Shown here one piece after another: positions 54,248-64,000 of a stretch of DNA of 64,000 nt. Location of the stretch: the NCBI GenBank assembly GCA_013202845.1, contig JABMPT010000001.1:52244-116243 (forward strand). Direction: 5' to 3'. Below the pieces are notes generated by a model. That model was not told the DNA's origin, made no database searches, and saw nothing but the letters and a program-made list of their open reading frames with translations. The translations under genes were made by a program, and so were the position numbers. The stretch comes from Candidatus Woesearchaeota archaeon (GTDB lineage Archaea > Nanobdellota > Nanobdellia > Woesearchaeales > GCA-2686295). Each line of letters begins with the position of its first letter. Within the stretch, counting starts at the first letter, position 1.

Positions 54248-55465
54248 ATGCCTAATATAAAAGAGGTGAGAGGTAGGCAAGTACTAGATTCTAGAGGCAA
54301 TCCCACTGTTGAAGCAGAGGTATTTGCAGAACATAATAGCGCCAGGGCTATAGTTCCTTCTGGAGCTTCGACTGGTATTCATGAAGCTCTTGAGTTGAGA
54401 GATGGTGGAAAAGCATATTTTGGAAAAGGAGTTACCAAAGCTGTTGCTAATATTTCGAAGATAAAGAAATTCTTAATTGGGAGGAGTGTTCACAAACAGG
54501 AAGAGATTGATAAATTAATGAAACAGTTTGACGGCACAAAGAACAAGAAAAAATATGGAGCTAACGCTATCCTGGCAGTGAGTTTAGCTGTTGCAAGATT
54601 AGCAGCTTTAGAAGAAAAGAAACCATTATTCCAATATATTAGCGAATTGGCAGGTACTAAACCAAAGATGCCAGTTCCTTTCATGAATATAATTAATGGT
54701 GGCTTACACGCAGATAATAATATTGACTTCCAGGAATATATGATGGTGCCACAGGGAAAAACATTCTCAGAATCATTAAGAATTGGAACAGAGGTTTATC
54801 ATGAGTTAAAAGAGGTGCTTAAACATAAGCATTCTTTCACAGCTGTTGGTGATGAAGGAGGATTTGCACCAAACTTGAAGAATTATGAAGAACCGTTTAA
54901 GCTTATTATGAGAGCTGCAAAAGACCTTGGCTATGAAAAGAATATAAAATTAGCCATTGATGTTGCTGCCTCGGACATAATGAAGAAAGGAAAATATGTT
55001 ATTGATGGTAAATCTTATTCTGCGGAGAAATTAACAGATTTATATCTTGATCTGATAAGGAAATACCCTATAGTTTCTATAGAGGATCCTTTTCATGAAG
55101 ATGATTTCAAGCATTTTGCATCCTTTACAACCATGCTTGGAGACAAGGTAAGAATTGTTGGAGATGATTTCCTGGTTACAAATGTTGACAGAATAAAACA
55201 TGCCTTGGATGTAGGCGCTTGCAATACTTTACTTCTAAAAGTCAATCAGATAGGAAGCTTGACAGAGGCAATCAATGCTGCAAAACTCGCTTTCAAGAAC
55301 AATTGGGGTGTAATGGTTAGCCATAGAAGCGGTGAAACAGAGGATTCCTTCATAGCAGACCTTGCAGTTGGCTTGGGCTGCGGCATGATAAAGACAGGTG
55401 CTCCATGCAGAGGGGAAAGAACTGCAAAATATAATCAATTGTTAAGAATTGAAGAGCAACTTTAG
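54248..55465 (+). CDS. eno: enolase
   Basis: I.EVRGRQVLDSRGNPTVEAEV, SHRSGETED, and the IKTGAPCRGERTAKYNQLLRIEE signature. Confidence 0.93.
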   Translation: MPNIKEVRGRQVLDSRGNPTVEAEVFAEHNSARAIVPSGASTGIHEALELRDGGKAYFGKGVTKAVANISKIKKFLIGRSVHKQEEIDKLMKQFDGTKNKKKYGANAILAVSLAVARLAALEEKKPLFQYISELAGTKPKMPVPFMNIINGGLHADNNIDFQEYMMVPQGKTFSESLRIGTEVYHELKEVLKHKHSFTAVGDEGGFAPNLKNYEEPFKLIMRAAKDLGYEKNIKLAIDVAASDIMKKGKYVIDGKSYSAEKLTDLYLDLIRKYPIVSIEDPFHEDDFKHFASFTTMLGDKVRIVGDDFLVTNVDRIKHALDVGACNTLLLKVNQIGSLTEAINAAKLAFKNNWGVMVSHRSGETEDSFIADLAVGLGCGMIKTGAPCRGERTAKYNQLLRIEEQL

Positions 55466-55500
55466 AAAAATATATTAACTCTGAAGCCAATAATTATTAT

Positions 55501-56001
55501 ATGGCCACAATTTTAAGACCTAGTGTTAAGAAGGTTCTTTTAATCAGTTTGTTAAAGACCATGTCTACAATCATTGTTCTAATAATATTGTTCTTAATTG
55601 TTAACTGGTTAGGTTTTTACAAAGAATATTTTACTTTAGCAATATCTGTTCTAGTTGCTCTAGGATTCATCTTTTTACTAATCAAATACATTAAAGTTAA
55701 GTCAGTTAGCTATTGGTTTGGCGCAGACAGATTACTTATTAAAGGCTTTGTTAATAGACAGATAATGTTTCATCAGGTTGTAAAAGTAGTGTATGAGAAA
55801 AGAGGTTTTTTTGAAGATGCGCTTGACTTAGGGAAAATAAGGCTCGACATGAGTAGATCAGGTCATTCTGATATAATCATACCCTATATGGAGAGGCCAA
55901 CTAATGTTGTTAGAGACGTAAAGGAATTATTGAGAAATTATCATGTTAAAGAACAGAAGAAGTTTGTAGAGAAGCATAAGATGGACCGGATGCTATCATA
56001 A
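55501..56001 (+). CDS. membrane protein, possibly bacterial-PH (YdbS/T-like) domain
   Basis: Two TM helices followed by an about 80-aa beta-rich segment. Assignment by architecture only. Confidence 0.35.
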   Translation: MATILRPSVKKVLLISLLKTMSTIIVLIILFLIVNWLGFYKEYFTLAISVLVALGFIFLLIKYIKVKSVSYWFGADRLLIKGFVNRQIMFHQVVKVVYEKRGFFEDALDLGKIRLDMSRSGHSDIIIPYMERPTNVVRDVKELLRNYHVKEQKKFVEKHKMDRMLS

Positions 56002-56045
56002 TCTCTATCACAAATTTTATAAACAAATAAGTTCAATTAAAAACC

Positions 56046-56342
56046 ATGGTAAAAAAAGAAGGCGTAATGAAAGCATTGAAAAAAGTGCTGGATCCAGAGA
56101 TAGGTATAAACATAGTTGATTTAGGATTGATTTACGAGGTTAGGATTAATAGCGGCTTGGTTGAGATTGATATGACTCTTACTTCTCCAGGATGCCCAAT
56201 TGCTCCTCAACTAATGTCTGAAGCAGAAAAAAATGTCAATAAACTCAAAGGCGTTAAGAAAACAACTGTAGAATTCGTTTTTGACCCTCCATGGAAACCT
56301 GATAAGATGTCTGCGGAAGCAAGGAAGGAGTTAGGTATCTAG
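56046..56342 (+). CDS. DUF59 / SufT-like Fe-S assembly protein
   Basis: VMKALKKVLDPEIGINIVDLGLIY...TLTSPGCPIAPQL is the MIP18/DUF59 motif. Confidence 0.85.
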   Translation: MVKKEGVMKALKKVLDPEIGINIVDLGLIYEVRINSGLVEIDMTLTSPGCPIAPQLMSEAEKNVNKLKGVKKTTVEFVFDPPWKPDKMSAEARKELGI

Positions 56343-56524
56343 ATTTTTTCTTCAAATTCTTTCTTTAACTCGTTAATAAGTATATATGCTGTGTGCAATT
56401 TATCTGATATTTTATCACAAGCCATGCTTCTCTTTCGTTCATCATCATAGTCCACTCTTTCTAAATCATTAACCTCAGAAATAACGCTTTTCAACAAACC
56501 ACGAACCTTTTCATGTCTGTGCAT
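56339..56524 (-). CDS. hypothetical 61-aa helical protein
   Basis: ORF only; convergent 4-nt overlap with the DUF59 gene. No motif recognised. Confidence 0.25.
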   Translation of the reverse strand: MHRHEKVRGLLKSVISEVNDLERVDYDDERKRSMACDKISDKLHTAYILINELKKEFEEKI

Positions 56525-56574
56525 TAAACATTCACCCCTTGAATGATATTAGAAGATTTATGTGTATTTAAACA

Positions 56575-57915
56575 TTATGTTTTATGCAGATTCTTCAGCT
56601 CTCTCATGAGTATCATAGCAGTGATTGCTCCAGCTAAAAAATCAGCCATTGGGAATGCATAGAACAATCCATCTAATTTGAAAAACAGAGGCATTATCAG
56701 TATTAAAGGTATGAGGAATATTACTTGTCTTAGTATTGATAATACGAAAGCTTTTTTTGCTTTACCCATTGATTGATACATCCCTCCTGCAATGATTTGG
56801 AATCCAATTATTGGCATAGCGAGAATGACTATTTTAGTAATCCTAACAGACAGTGCTATCAGTTCAAGATCATTGGTAAATACTTTCACTATTGGCTCTG
56901 CAAAAGCCATTAGTATAACAAATGAAGCTATTGATATCAAGGTTGAAACCTTTACAGACAGATTTATAGAACTCTTGGTTCTTTTGTAGTTCTTTGCGCC
57001 GTAGTTGTATCCCACAATCGGTTGCATCCCAATCACAAGACCTATTATTGGCAGGAATATGATGCTAAATAGTCTGTTGACAACTCCCATAGCAGCAATT
57101 GCAATATCTCCGCCGTAGAAAGCCAAAGAGTGATTCAGGAAGATGCTCATCACACTTGCGGCAGCCATTCTTGCAAAAGATGAAACTCCAATAGAGAAAG
57201 TTTCCATCACTATCTTGAAATCAAGCAGCATATTCTTCCAATAGAATTTAATACTGCTCTTGCCGATTAGGAAGTAGAATAATACTAGCAATGCAGAAGA
57301 TCCTTGAGCAATCACTGTTGCAAGAGCTGCTCCTTTCATACCCATATCAAATCCGAAGATGAATATAGCGTCTAGTATAATATTTAGTACAGCAGATAGA
57401 GCCATTACTATCATTGAAAATTTAGCATTTCCTTCAGCCCTGATCAGATTATTAGCAGAGAAAGCAAACAAAAGCAAAATACTTCCATAAATAATGATTG
57501 TCATGTAATCCGTAGCATATGGGAGTATGGTTTTTGTTGCTCCAAAGATTTTTAGTATTGGTGTTAGGAATGCCAATCCTATAACTGTCAAAGCAGAACC
57601 AACTATTAATACCAATGAGAAAAGATTTCCTAGAGTCTTTTCAGCCACGTTAAACTTTTTTGCACCAATACTTCTAGAAATTATAGAAGCAGAACCAATC
57701 CCTATTGTTTGGGAAATGGCCATTGCAATCATTTGTATTGGGAAAGTTATGGCTAGGCCAGCGATTCCTAATGAGCCAACTCCTCTTCCAATGAATATGG
57801 TGTCAACTAAATTGTACAAACTTACCACCAACAGACCGATTATTGCTGGCATTGATTGCTTGAAGAGAGTTTTTGGAATGCTTTCTTTTCCTAACTGCTC
57901 ATGATGATTTCCCAT
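56575..57915 (-). CDS. MATE family efflux transporter
   Basis: 12 TM helices, N-terminal PAIIGLLVVSLYNLVDTIFIGRGVG pattern, 446 aa. Confidence 0.88.
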   Translation of the reverse strand: MGNHHEQLGKESIPKTLFKQSMPAIIGLLVVSLYNLVDTIFIGRGVGSLGIAGLAITFPIQMIAMAISQTIGIGSASIISRSIGAKKFNVAEKTLGNLFSLVLIVGSALTVIGLAFLTPILKIFGATKTILPYATDYMTIIIYGSILLLFAFSANNLIRAEGNAKFSMIVMALSAVLNIILDAIFIFGFDMGMKGAALATVIAQGSSALLVLFYFLIGKSSIKFYWKNMLLDFKIVMETFSIGVSSFARMAAASVMSIFLNHSLAFYGGDIAIAAMGVVNRLFSIIFLPIIGLVIGMQPIVGYNYGAKNYKRTKSSINLSVKVSTLISIASFVILMAFAEPIVKVFTNDLELIALSVRITKIVILAMPIIGFQIIAGGMYQSMGKAKKAFVLSILRQVIFLIPLILIMPLFFKLDGLFYAFPMADFLAGAITAMILMRELKNLHKT

Positions 57916-57974
57916 TGAGTGAAGATAAAAATCAGGTTATATAAATTTTTAGAAAAAGAGAAATAAAAGAAAAA

Positions 57975-58000
57975 CGCACAAAAGCTTTTTGCTTTTGGCG
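57975..58000 (-). terminator. terminator-like hairpin after the 475-aa secreted-protein gene
   Basis: CGCACAAAAGC-TTTTT-GCTTTTGGCG (10 bp with one bulge). On the minus strand it is followed by TTTTTCTTTTATTT. Confidence 0.5.
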
Positions 58001-58041
58001 CACCAAAAAATTATTTTTTGAGTGAATTAGGAGAGGGTGGT

Positions 58042-59469
58042 TTATTCCTCATCTTGGGGTGATTCTGTGGTCAGAAATTTATACCATGGCTTCTTAACCA
58101 CCACATCTCCAGATTCTGCGTCAATTTGTGCTAGGTATTGCATTTTCATTGGGAAAAGTCCAAACATTTTTCCTTTAACGCTTTTTTTAGCTTCGTATAT
58201 TGGTTTTCCGACGTCTTTTATTTCTATTTCATCAAATTTTTCACCAAGTACTTCTTTGGCTCTCTCAGCTGCAACTGAAGGCATCACTTTGATAAGTTTC
58301 TCTTCACCGTCTTCATTCTTTATGTAGAGACCTTTCATATCAGTCACAAGAGGCATTTGTGTACTGACAACTGTTTCTCCATCTTCTATATAGATTTTTA
58401 TCTTTTCTCTGTAGCTTTTTATCTTTATGTCCCTGTTACCAATAGGGATTGAGATACCTTCTTCAAGATCTGCTGAAAAATCTTCAAACACATGGGTTTC
58501 AGGATTTTTCACTCTTAACTTCTGAGCTCCAGGTGATATCTGGATCTTTTCAACAGGCATTTCTTTCCCATTCTTTACCCAGCCATATTGTTTTACACCT
58601 TTGGAAAAAGTAGGGTTTCTTATCTCTTTGACAGAGAATGCTCCTACTTTACCATCTGTTTTCTCGAAGTTTATGACATAGCCAAAGACATGAGTTCCTT
58701 CTCCTAATCGAATCTCTACTTTCAATTCTTTATGTGGGGGTGAAATTGGCTTTTCTGCCGCTATAGAGATTTCAGGTCTCATTTTTCCTGCGATATACAC
58801 AGCAAGTGCTGCTTCGTCATTATCAAGATCCAAAACTTCAATTTCCATTCTTGCTTCTGCAATATGTGCCGCTTCTCCTTCTGCAAGTTCAAATAGCCGT
58901 CCAAGTTCAACTTCTATATATTCGCTTGGAAGAACAACTGTTCCGATTATTACTTCTTCGTCGTAAGGCATTGCACATCTTGGTGGAAGCTCGCAACCAT
59001 GTTCATTCACTCGGCCTGTGACTATCTTTCCACCTTCACACCAGTCCTCTGATGGTGGCATCCATGACCAAGCAGCGCAAACAACTTGTTCTGCTTTTTT
59101 GACCATTAAGATTGGAACTTCTCCATCACTTGTGTCAACATAGCTGATTTTGTATCTGAAAGCATTTCTGCTTTGGAATTCATTGATAGCTATGGATCTT
59201 GGAGCATCATTTGCTGTTACAAAGATTGTTCTGTATATAGCTCCATTATCGCCTTCTTGCACATAAGTTAATCCTTCATGCTTCAATATCAATTTTCCAT
59301 CTTTTAAGGACATTGTCTGTTCTTCGAGTATCTTGAATTTTTCTCCAAGCTCAAATGTTTCTGTTTCTTCTTCTTGTGCGCTAACTGGCAAAACACTTAC
59401 CAATAATATTACTATTATTGCCAAGGCCTTAACACCCAAAGCGCCTAAAAAAACTTTTTTTAAATTCAT
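58042..59469 (-). CDS. secreted hypothetical protein with PepSY-like C-terminal segment
   Basis: Signal peptide; four Cys clustered at residues about 142-175; C-terminal KPIYEAKKSVKGKMFGLFPMKMQYLAQIDAESGDVV resembles PepSY. GGAGGTAATC Shine-Dalgarno sequence. Confidence 0.5.
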   Translation of the reverse strand: MNLKKVFLGALGVKALAIIVILLVSVLPVSAQEEETETFELGEKFKILEEQTMSLKDGKLILKHEGLTYVQEGDNGAIYRTIFVTANDAPRSIAINEFQSRNAFRYKISYVDTSDGEVPILMVKKAEQVVCAAWSWMPPSEDWCEGGKIVTGRVNEHGCELPPRCAMPYDEEVIIGTVVLPSEYIEVELGRLFELAEGEAAHIAEARMEIEVLDLDNDEAALAVYIAGKMRPEISIAAEKPISPPHKELKVEIRLGEGTHVFGYVINFEKTDGKVGAFSVKEIRNPTFSKGVKQYGWVKNGKEMPVEKIQISPGAQKLRVKNPETHVFEDFSADLEEGISIPIGNRDIKIKSYREKIKIYIEDGETVVSTQMPLVTDMKGLYIKNEDGEEKLIKVMPSVAAERAKEVLGEKFDEIEIKDVGKPIYEAKKSVKGKMFGLFPMKMQYLAQIDAESGDVVVKKPWYKFLTTESPQDEE

Positions 59470-59613
59470 TTTTGATTACCTCCGTAAATGTTCTAAGGTC
59501 TATAAAGTGAGTCAAATATATAAGTCTTGAGCGGTCCTAAAAGTCTGAAAAAGGACCAAAACGCTTGTTTTTATAAAAGAAGCTTGATTTAAAGTCCATT
59601 TAAAGAAAAAAGC

Positions 59614-60531
59614 TTATTTTGACTTGAACCTGTCTGTGAATGATATCTTCTTTAGCTTACCTATTCTCTCTATTTTCAAGATGTTCTTTTGCTCTAAAGA
59701 ATCTAAAACCCTGACTAAAGAAGTCTTTGCAATCCCTGCTCCATGTACAATGTTTGCCTGAGAAATTGTTTCCTTGTTCTGTTCCAATAGGAATCTTACG
59801 ACTTCCTGTTCTTTCTTGTTCAAGGCAGTTATGATATCTTCCTTTCTTGAAGATGATTTTTTCTTAATAGGTTTATCTTTTATCAAGTACGCGATTCCTC
59901 TTGAAATTACAAGAGTGATTATTATCCCAATAGCCCAGCCTAAGTAGTTGCTATCTGTCTTGTAATCCTCAAATTGCAGAATAATTGTTTCTGTTTCACC
60001 GCTTGTTATCTCTACTGTCTGGCTGACTACAAAATCCTCTATTGCGGCCCTAAAAGTGCAAGTTCCCACAGGTAGGTAATCCGCATCTACAATGCCGAAT
60101 TCATCTGTTCTGAAATATCCTTGGACACCGTAATTTTTAGAGCAATCTATTCTAGTAGCTATGTTTTCCAAAGATTTTCCTTTTTTGTCAATAATTGACA
60201 TCCTGGCAGATCCCACAGGAAGCAAGACTAAAGTCATGGTTGTTTGCTCATTCGTGTAAAAACTTGTTTTTCCATAGAAATTGTTTTCTTCTGTAGATAT
60301 TTCTAATTCATTAAAACCTTCAAAAACATCTATGCTTATCTCTCCATTTTCATCAGTAGCTAGAACTCCTGTGGTTGTCTCTTCTATTGAAGTTAAAGTG
60401 TAAGTGACTGCAATTCCTGATATCTCTTCAGAGTCTATGATTTCAATAGAAATACTGACTGGAATGCTCTGAGCAGATATTAAAGGCAGTAATAGAATGA
60501 TCAACGGTAGCAGTAGTTTTAACAGCTTCAT
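59614..60531 (-). CDS. membrane-tethered winged-helix regulator with extracellular carboxypeptidase-regulatory-like beta-sandwich domains
   Basis: Signal peptide, two TDENGEISI / TDEFGIVDADYLPVGTCTF-type domains, a TM helix, then a cytoplasmic wHTH (EQEVVRFLLEQNKETISQANIVHGAGIAKTSLVRVLDSLEQKNIL). Confidence 0.55.
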   Translation of the reverse strand: MKLLKLLLPLIILLLPLISAQSIPVSISIEIIDSEEISGIAVTYTLTSIEETTTGVLATDENGEISIDVFEGFNELEISTEENNFYGKTSFYTNEQTTMTLVLLPVGSARMSIIDKKGKSLENIATRIDCSKNYGVQGYFRTDEFGIVDADYLPVGTCTFRAAIEDFVVSQTVEITSGETETIILQFEDYKTDSNYLGWAIGIIITLVISRGIAYLIKDKPIKKKSSSRKEDIITALNKKEQEVVRFLLEQNKETISQANIVHGAGIAKTSLVRVLDSLEQKNILKIERIGKLKKISFTDRFKSK

Positions 60532-60612
60532 GATATTGCGAATGGTGTCGTATTTATAAACATATTTCTCCTAACATAAATCTTTATAAACAGCTCATTA
60601 TTTTCTCGTGCT

Positions 60613-61965
60613 ATGGTATTAGAGAAACTTTCAGAGTCTTTGAAGAACACTTTGCAGAAGATTACAAAAGCTGTTTTTGTAGATGAGAAACTGATAAATG
60701 AGTTAGTCAAGGATATTCAACGTGCGTTATTACAGTCAGATGTCAATGTGCAGATGGTGTTTGACCTTACTAAGAAGATTAAGGAGAGGGCTTTGAAAGA
60801 GGAAGAGCCAACGACCATTTCCAAGAAAGAGCATCTGATCAAGATAGTCTATGATGAACTAGTTGATTTCTTGGGCGGACCAGGTTCAAAGATTAATATC
60901 AAGAAAAAACCTTTCAAGATGTTGCTTGTGGGATTATTTGGTAGCGGTAAAACAACCATGGCTGGAAAGCTTGGAAAGTATTACAAGGCTCGCGGATACA
61001 AAGTTGCAGTTATACAGACAGACACTTGGAGGCCTGCTGCTTATGATCAGCTGAAACAATTGGCTCAGAAAGCTAAGGTTAGTTTCTTTGGTGAGAAGAA
61101 AGAGAAGAATCCTTTGAAGATTTACAAGAAATACAAGAAGGATTTGGACAAGTATGATATTGTTATTATTGACAGCGCGGGAAGGGACGCTTTGAGTGAT
61201 GAATTAATTAAAGAGCTTAATGGCTTGAACAAGGAAATAAAAGCTAGCGAAAACTTGCTTGTGATTAGCGCTGATATTGGTCAGGCAGCTGAGAAACAGG
61301 CAAAAGCTTTTCATGAATCTTGTAATGTTACTGGTGTTGTTGTCACAAAGCTTGACGGTACTGCTAAAGGTGGTGGTTCTTTGATAGCTTGCTCTGTAAC
61401 TGGATCGCCTGTCAAGTTCATAGGTGTTGGCGAAAAGATTTCAGATATGGAAGAGTTTAAGCCTGAAGGTTTTGTTGGTCGCTTGTTAGGTATGGGTGAT
61501 TTGGAAGCCTTGCTTGAAAAGGCAAAGGAGGCTATACCTGAGGACAAGGCAGAAGATCTTGGTAAGAGATTCTTAAAGGGTGATTATAATCTTATTGATT
61601 TGTATGAGCAGATGAAAGCCATGAAGAAGATGGGTTCTATGAGCAAGATAATGGAGATGGTTCCTGGTCTTGGGCAGTTGAAGATTCCTAAAGAAGCTTT
61701 GGAAGTTCAGGAAGGGATGCTTGAGAAATGGCGTTATGCAATGGACAGCATGAATAAGGAAGAATTGGAGGATCCTGAGACTCTTACAGGTCAGAGAGTT
61801 GAAAGAATCGCTAAAGGTTCTGGTTTGAAGGTTAATGAAGTTCGTTCTCTTATTAAACAGTACAAACAGTCCAAGAAACTTGTCAAGATGATGAAAGGCG
61901 GTTCTGAAAAGAACATGGACAAGATGATGAAAAAGATGGGCGGCAAGTTTGGTTTGAAATTTTAG
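60613..61965 (+). CDS. srp54: signal recognition particle protein SRP54
   Basis: N domain, G domain (GLFGSGKTTMAGKLG, DTWRPAA, DSAGR, TKLDG), and a Met-rich M domain. Confidence 0.93.
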   Translation: MVLEKLSESLKNTLQKITKAVFVDEKLINELVKDIQRALLQSDVNVQMVFDLTKKIKERALKEEEPTTISKKEHLIKIVYDELVDFLGGPGSKINIKKKPFKMLLVGLFGSGKTTMAGKLGKYYKARGYKVAVIQTDTWRPAAYDQLKQLAQKAKVSFFGEKKEKNPLKIYKKYKKDLDKYDIVIIDSAGRDALSDELIKELNGLNKEIKASENLLVISADIGQAAEKQAKAFHESCNVTGVVVTKLDGTAKGGGSLIACSVTGSPVKFIGVGEKISDMEEFKPEGFVGRLLGMGDLEALLEKAKEAIPEDKAEDLGKRFLKGDYNLIDLYEQMKAMKKMGSMSKIMEMVPGLGQLKIPKEALEVQEGMLEKWRYAMDSMNKEELEDPETLTGQRVERIAKGSGLKVNEVRSLIKQYKQSKKLVKMMKGGSEKNMDKMMKKMGGKFGLKF

Positions 61966-62009
61966 AGCTTTTTCTACTTAGTTTTTTTTAGTTTGTTAGA
62001 ATAAAAAAA

Positions 62010-62085
62010 GGGAACATGAAGAGTTAAGGGGTGTATGAGGTGTTGGCTGCTAAGAAATATAATAGCATCCTCTTCATGCCCTTTT
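62010..62085. terminator. long hairpin plus T4 between convergent srp54 and the P-type ATPase gene (terminator or small RNA)
   Basis: GGG-AA-CATGAAGAG (62010-62023) pairs with CTCTTCATGCCC (62070-62081) around a 46-nt G-rich loop, then TTTT. Confidence 0.35.
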
Positions 62086-62153
62086 AGTTACTGTGTGGTA
62101 GTACTAGTATTTAAAGCTTTCGGTTTTTACTACTAATTAGGGATTAATTAGTT

Positions 62154-64000
62154 CTACCAGGTCAAATACTTCTTAAAGAATACATTATCTTTTCTGACGA
62201 GGAGTTTCCTAACTTCACCGAATATGAATATTGCTATAGCGAATGGTACTGCAAGCAGCATCTCGAAAATAGTGAGTGAATGAGTGCCAAGCAATGCATT
62301 TCCTGTGGCCGTGTTAGCTATGAACCATAATAATAGCAGCTCAGCAACTATACCTATCCAAACAAGTTTGTTCCTGAAGATTCCCTGCTTGAAAACAGAT
62401 TGTTTTCTGGTTCTGCATATCAGCACGTCAGGTATCTGACATATTATTATGCTTGCGAAGAAAGCAGTCACAGCTTTCATGTACAGAGGATTGGTCATAG
62501 CTAGTTCTGTTCCCCAAGTCCAGCCGCCTGCAAACAACACATAGAAATAAGCAAAGAATCCTGCCGCTGCTTGTAACATACCAACAATACCATAAGATAT
62601 GAACAATAATTGTGGTGATAGCAAGCGTTCTTTTTTTGACCTTGGAGCTTCTCTCATGACATCGGACTCTGGTCGCTCACTTCCTAAACCAAGAGCAGGT
62701 ATTAAGTCAGTGCCTAAATCTATGGCTAGTATAAGAACAACTGTTAATGGCAGAGGTATCCCTAGTAATACAAAAGCGATGAATGGCAATATCTGAGGCA
62801 CATTACTAGTTAATATATATGCAATGAACTTTTTTATATTTGAATAGATAGTTCTTCCTTCCTCAACTGCATTCACAATTGTTGCAAAATTATCATCCAG
62901 CAGCACCATGTTACTGGCTTCTTTCGCAACTTCTGTACCGATTATTCCCATGGATACACCAATGTCTGCGTTTTTCAATGCTGGAGCATCATTCACTCCA
63001 TCACCTGTAACAGCAACGACTTCTCCATTGGCCTGCAAGGCCTGTACAATTCTTAGTTTTTGGATTGGAGAAGTTCTTGCAAAGATTAAGTTGCTCTTAT
63101 TGACAATGGTTCTTAATTCATCAACATCCATCCTGCTAAGTTCTTCACCAGTTATTATGTTGCTTCTGCTTCCTTCTTCAATTATTCCTGCTTTTCTCGC
63201 AATCGCTTCTGCAGTCAGACTGTAGTCGCCTGTAATCATTATGACTTTAATGCCTGCTTCCTTGCATTTGGCTATTGCTGCAGAAATCTCTGGTCTTGGC
63301 GGATCTATTATTCCAAGTAAACCAACAAATATGAAATTTTTCTCCTCAACTTTTTCAGGACAATCCCTGTATGCTAAACCTAGAACCCTCTCTCCACGAG
63401 AAGACATGTTCTTGTAATGAGACTCTATTATCTTCTTGAAATTGTCATCCAAATTTTCTAGCCTGTTATTTATAAGAATTTTATTGCATTTCTCTAGAAC
63501 AACTTCTGGAGCTCCTTTTAGATAAGCTGTTCTATTGTCCTTATATCTGTTCACTGTAATCATTCGTTTTGTATCAGAGTCGAATGGTTTTTCGTCAAGT
63601 CTTGGATTGTCAGAATTAAACTTGTCAATGTTTAGATAATGGTTAGCGAAAACAAGCAACGCTCCTTCTGTCGGATCTCCGAGATAATTCTTTTTCCTGT
63701 CCAGTTTTGAGTTGTTGCAGAGAACCGCTACACTCATTGCCTTGTCAAAGCCATCTATTCTTGTAGGATTTTCTTTTTCTCCTATTTCGCTTAAGTTCAA
63801 GAACAATGAATGTACAGACATCTTGTTCTGTGTTATTGTGCCTGTCTTATCAGTACAGATAACAGTTGTAGAGCCAAGTGTTTCTACAGATTCAAGATTC
63901 TTTATCAGAGCATTCTTCTTTGCCATCTTTTTTGAAGCCATGCTCAAAGCTAAAGTAACTGTTGGCAATAATCCTTCAGGAACATTTGCAACGATTATTC
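62154..64000 (-). CDS. P-type cation-transporting ATPase (P2-type), N-terminal part beyond window edge
   Basis: The reading frame stays open upstream of Met 63968 (..VANVPEGLLPTVTLALS). Phosphorylation site CTDKTGTITQN, hinge TGDGVNDAPAL, and C-terminal TM helices. Confidence 0.9.
   Translation of the reverse strand, partial: IIVANVPEGLLPTVTLALSMASKKMAKKNALIKNLESVETLGSTTVICTDKTGTITQNKMSVHSLFLNLSEIGEKENPTRIDGFDKAMSVAVLCNNSKLDRKKNYLGDPTEGALLVFANHYLNIDKFNSDNPRLDEKPFDSDTKRMITVNRYKDNRTAYLKGAPEVVLEKCNKILINNRLENLDDNFKKIIESHYKNMSSRGERVLGLAYRDCPEKVEEKNFIFVGLLGIIDPPRPEISAAIAKCKEAGIKVIMITGDYSLTAEAIARKAGIIEEGSRSNIITGEELSRMDVDELRTIVNKSNLIFARTSPIQKLRIVQALQANGEVVAVTGDGVNDAPALKNADIGVSMGIIGTEVAKEASNMVLLDDNFATIVNAVEEGRTIYSNIKKFIAYILTSNVPQILPFIAFVLLGIPLPLTVVLILAIDLGTDLIPALGLGSERPESDVMREAPRSKKERLLSPQLLFISYGIVGMLQAAAGFFAYFYVLFAGGWTWGTELAMTNPLYMKAVTAFFASIIICQIPDVLICRTRKQSVFKQGIFRNKLVWIGIVAELLLLWFIANTATGNALLGTHSLTIFEMLLAVPFAIAIFIFGEVRKLLVRKDNVFFKKYLTW

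Noticed and set aside
1-64000. Search for CRISPR arrays, transposases/integrases, reverse transcriptase/DGR, prophage or known defence cassettes
   Set aside because: No regularly spaced direct repeats were seen in any intergenic region. No ORF carries DDE, tyrosine- or serine-recombinase, RT or Cas signatures. The window appears to be core chromosome.

Overview
AT-rich, densely coding 64-kb window (about 65 CDS, short or overlapping gene junctions) that reads as a small-genome archaeon, probably DPANN-like. The lineage call is inference, based on CDP-archaeol synthase, XPD, SRP54, SMC, TruD, a PIN-PilT-KH ATPase, A/T boxes about 28 nt upstream of each tRNA gene, and intron-containing tRNAs. 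I see no rRNA, CRISPR array, transposase, integrase or recognisable defence genes.

Housekeeping and central metabolism:
- adk, ahcY, rnhB, guaB, smc, eno, ppsA and acs
- a two-subunit 2-oxoacid:ferredoxin oxidoreductase
- a partial P-type ATPase at the 3' edge of the window

Accessory content:
- A tightly overlapping sufS-like/hypA/hypC/extended-hypC-like/membrane-wHTH operon. It is followed by a Cys-rich secreted mini-protein, a maturation protease and a four-subunit group-3b-type [NiFe] hydrogenase (hydBGDA order).
- Desulfoferrodoxin plus rubrerythrin.
- Three exported DsbA/thioredoxin-fold proteins, including a three-domain 569-aa protein.
- A LemA/TPM/zinc-ribbon triad.
- A GT4 plus PIG-L pair.
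- Two paralogous proteins that carry only the phosphohistidine swivel domain of PEP-utilising enzymes.

RNA features:
- Four tRNAs. tRNA-Gly(UCC) has a 77-nt intron in the T-loop, for which a bulge-helix-bulge can be drawn by hand. Initiator-like tRNA-Met has a 43-nt intron at 37/38.
- An 80-nt GC-rich stem-closed element abutting the lrp start codon.

I did not find one clear-cut novel multi-gene system. The best candidates are listed as findings, and all functional claims rest on hand-read motifs and need homology or covariance searches.
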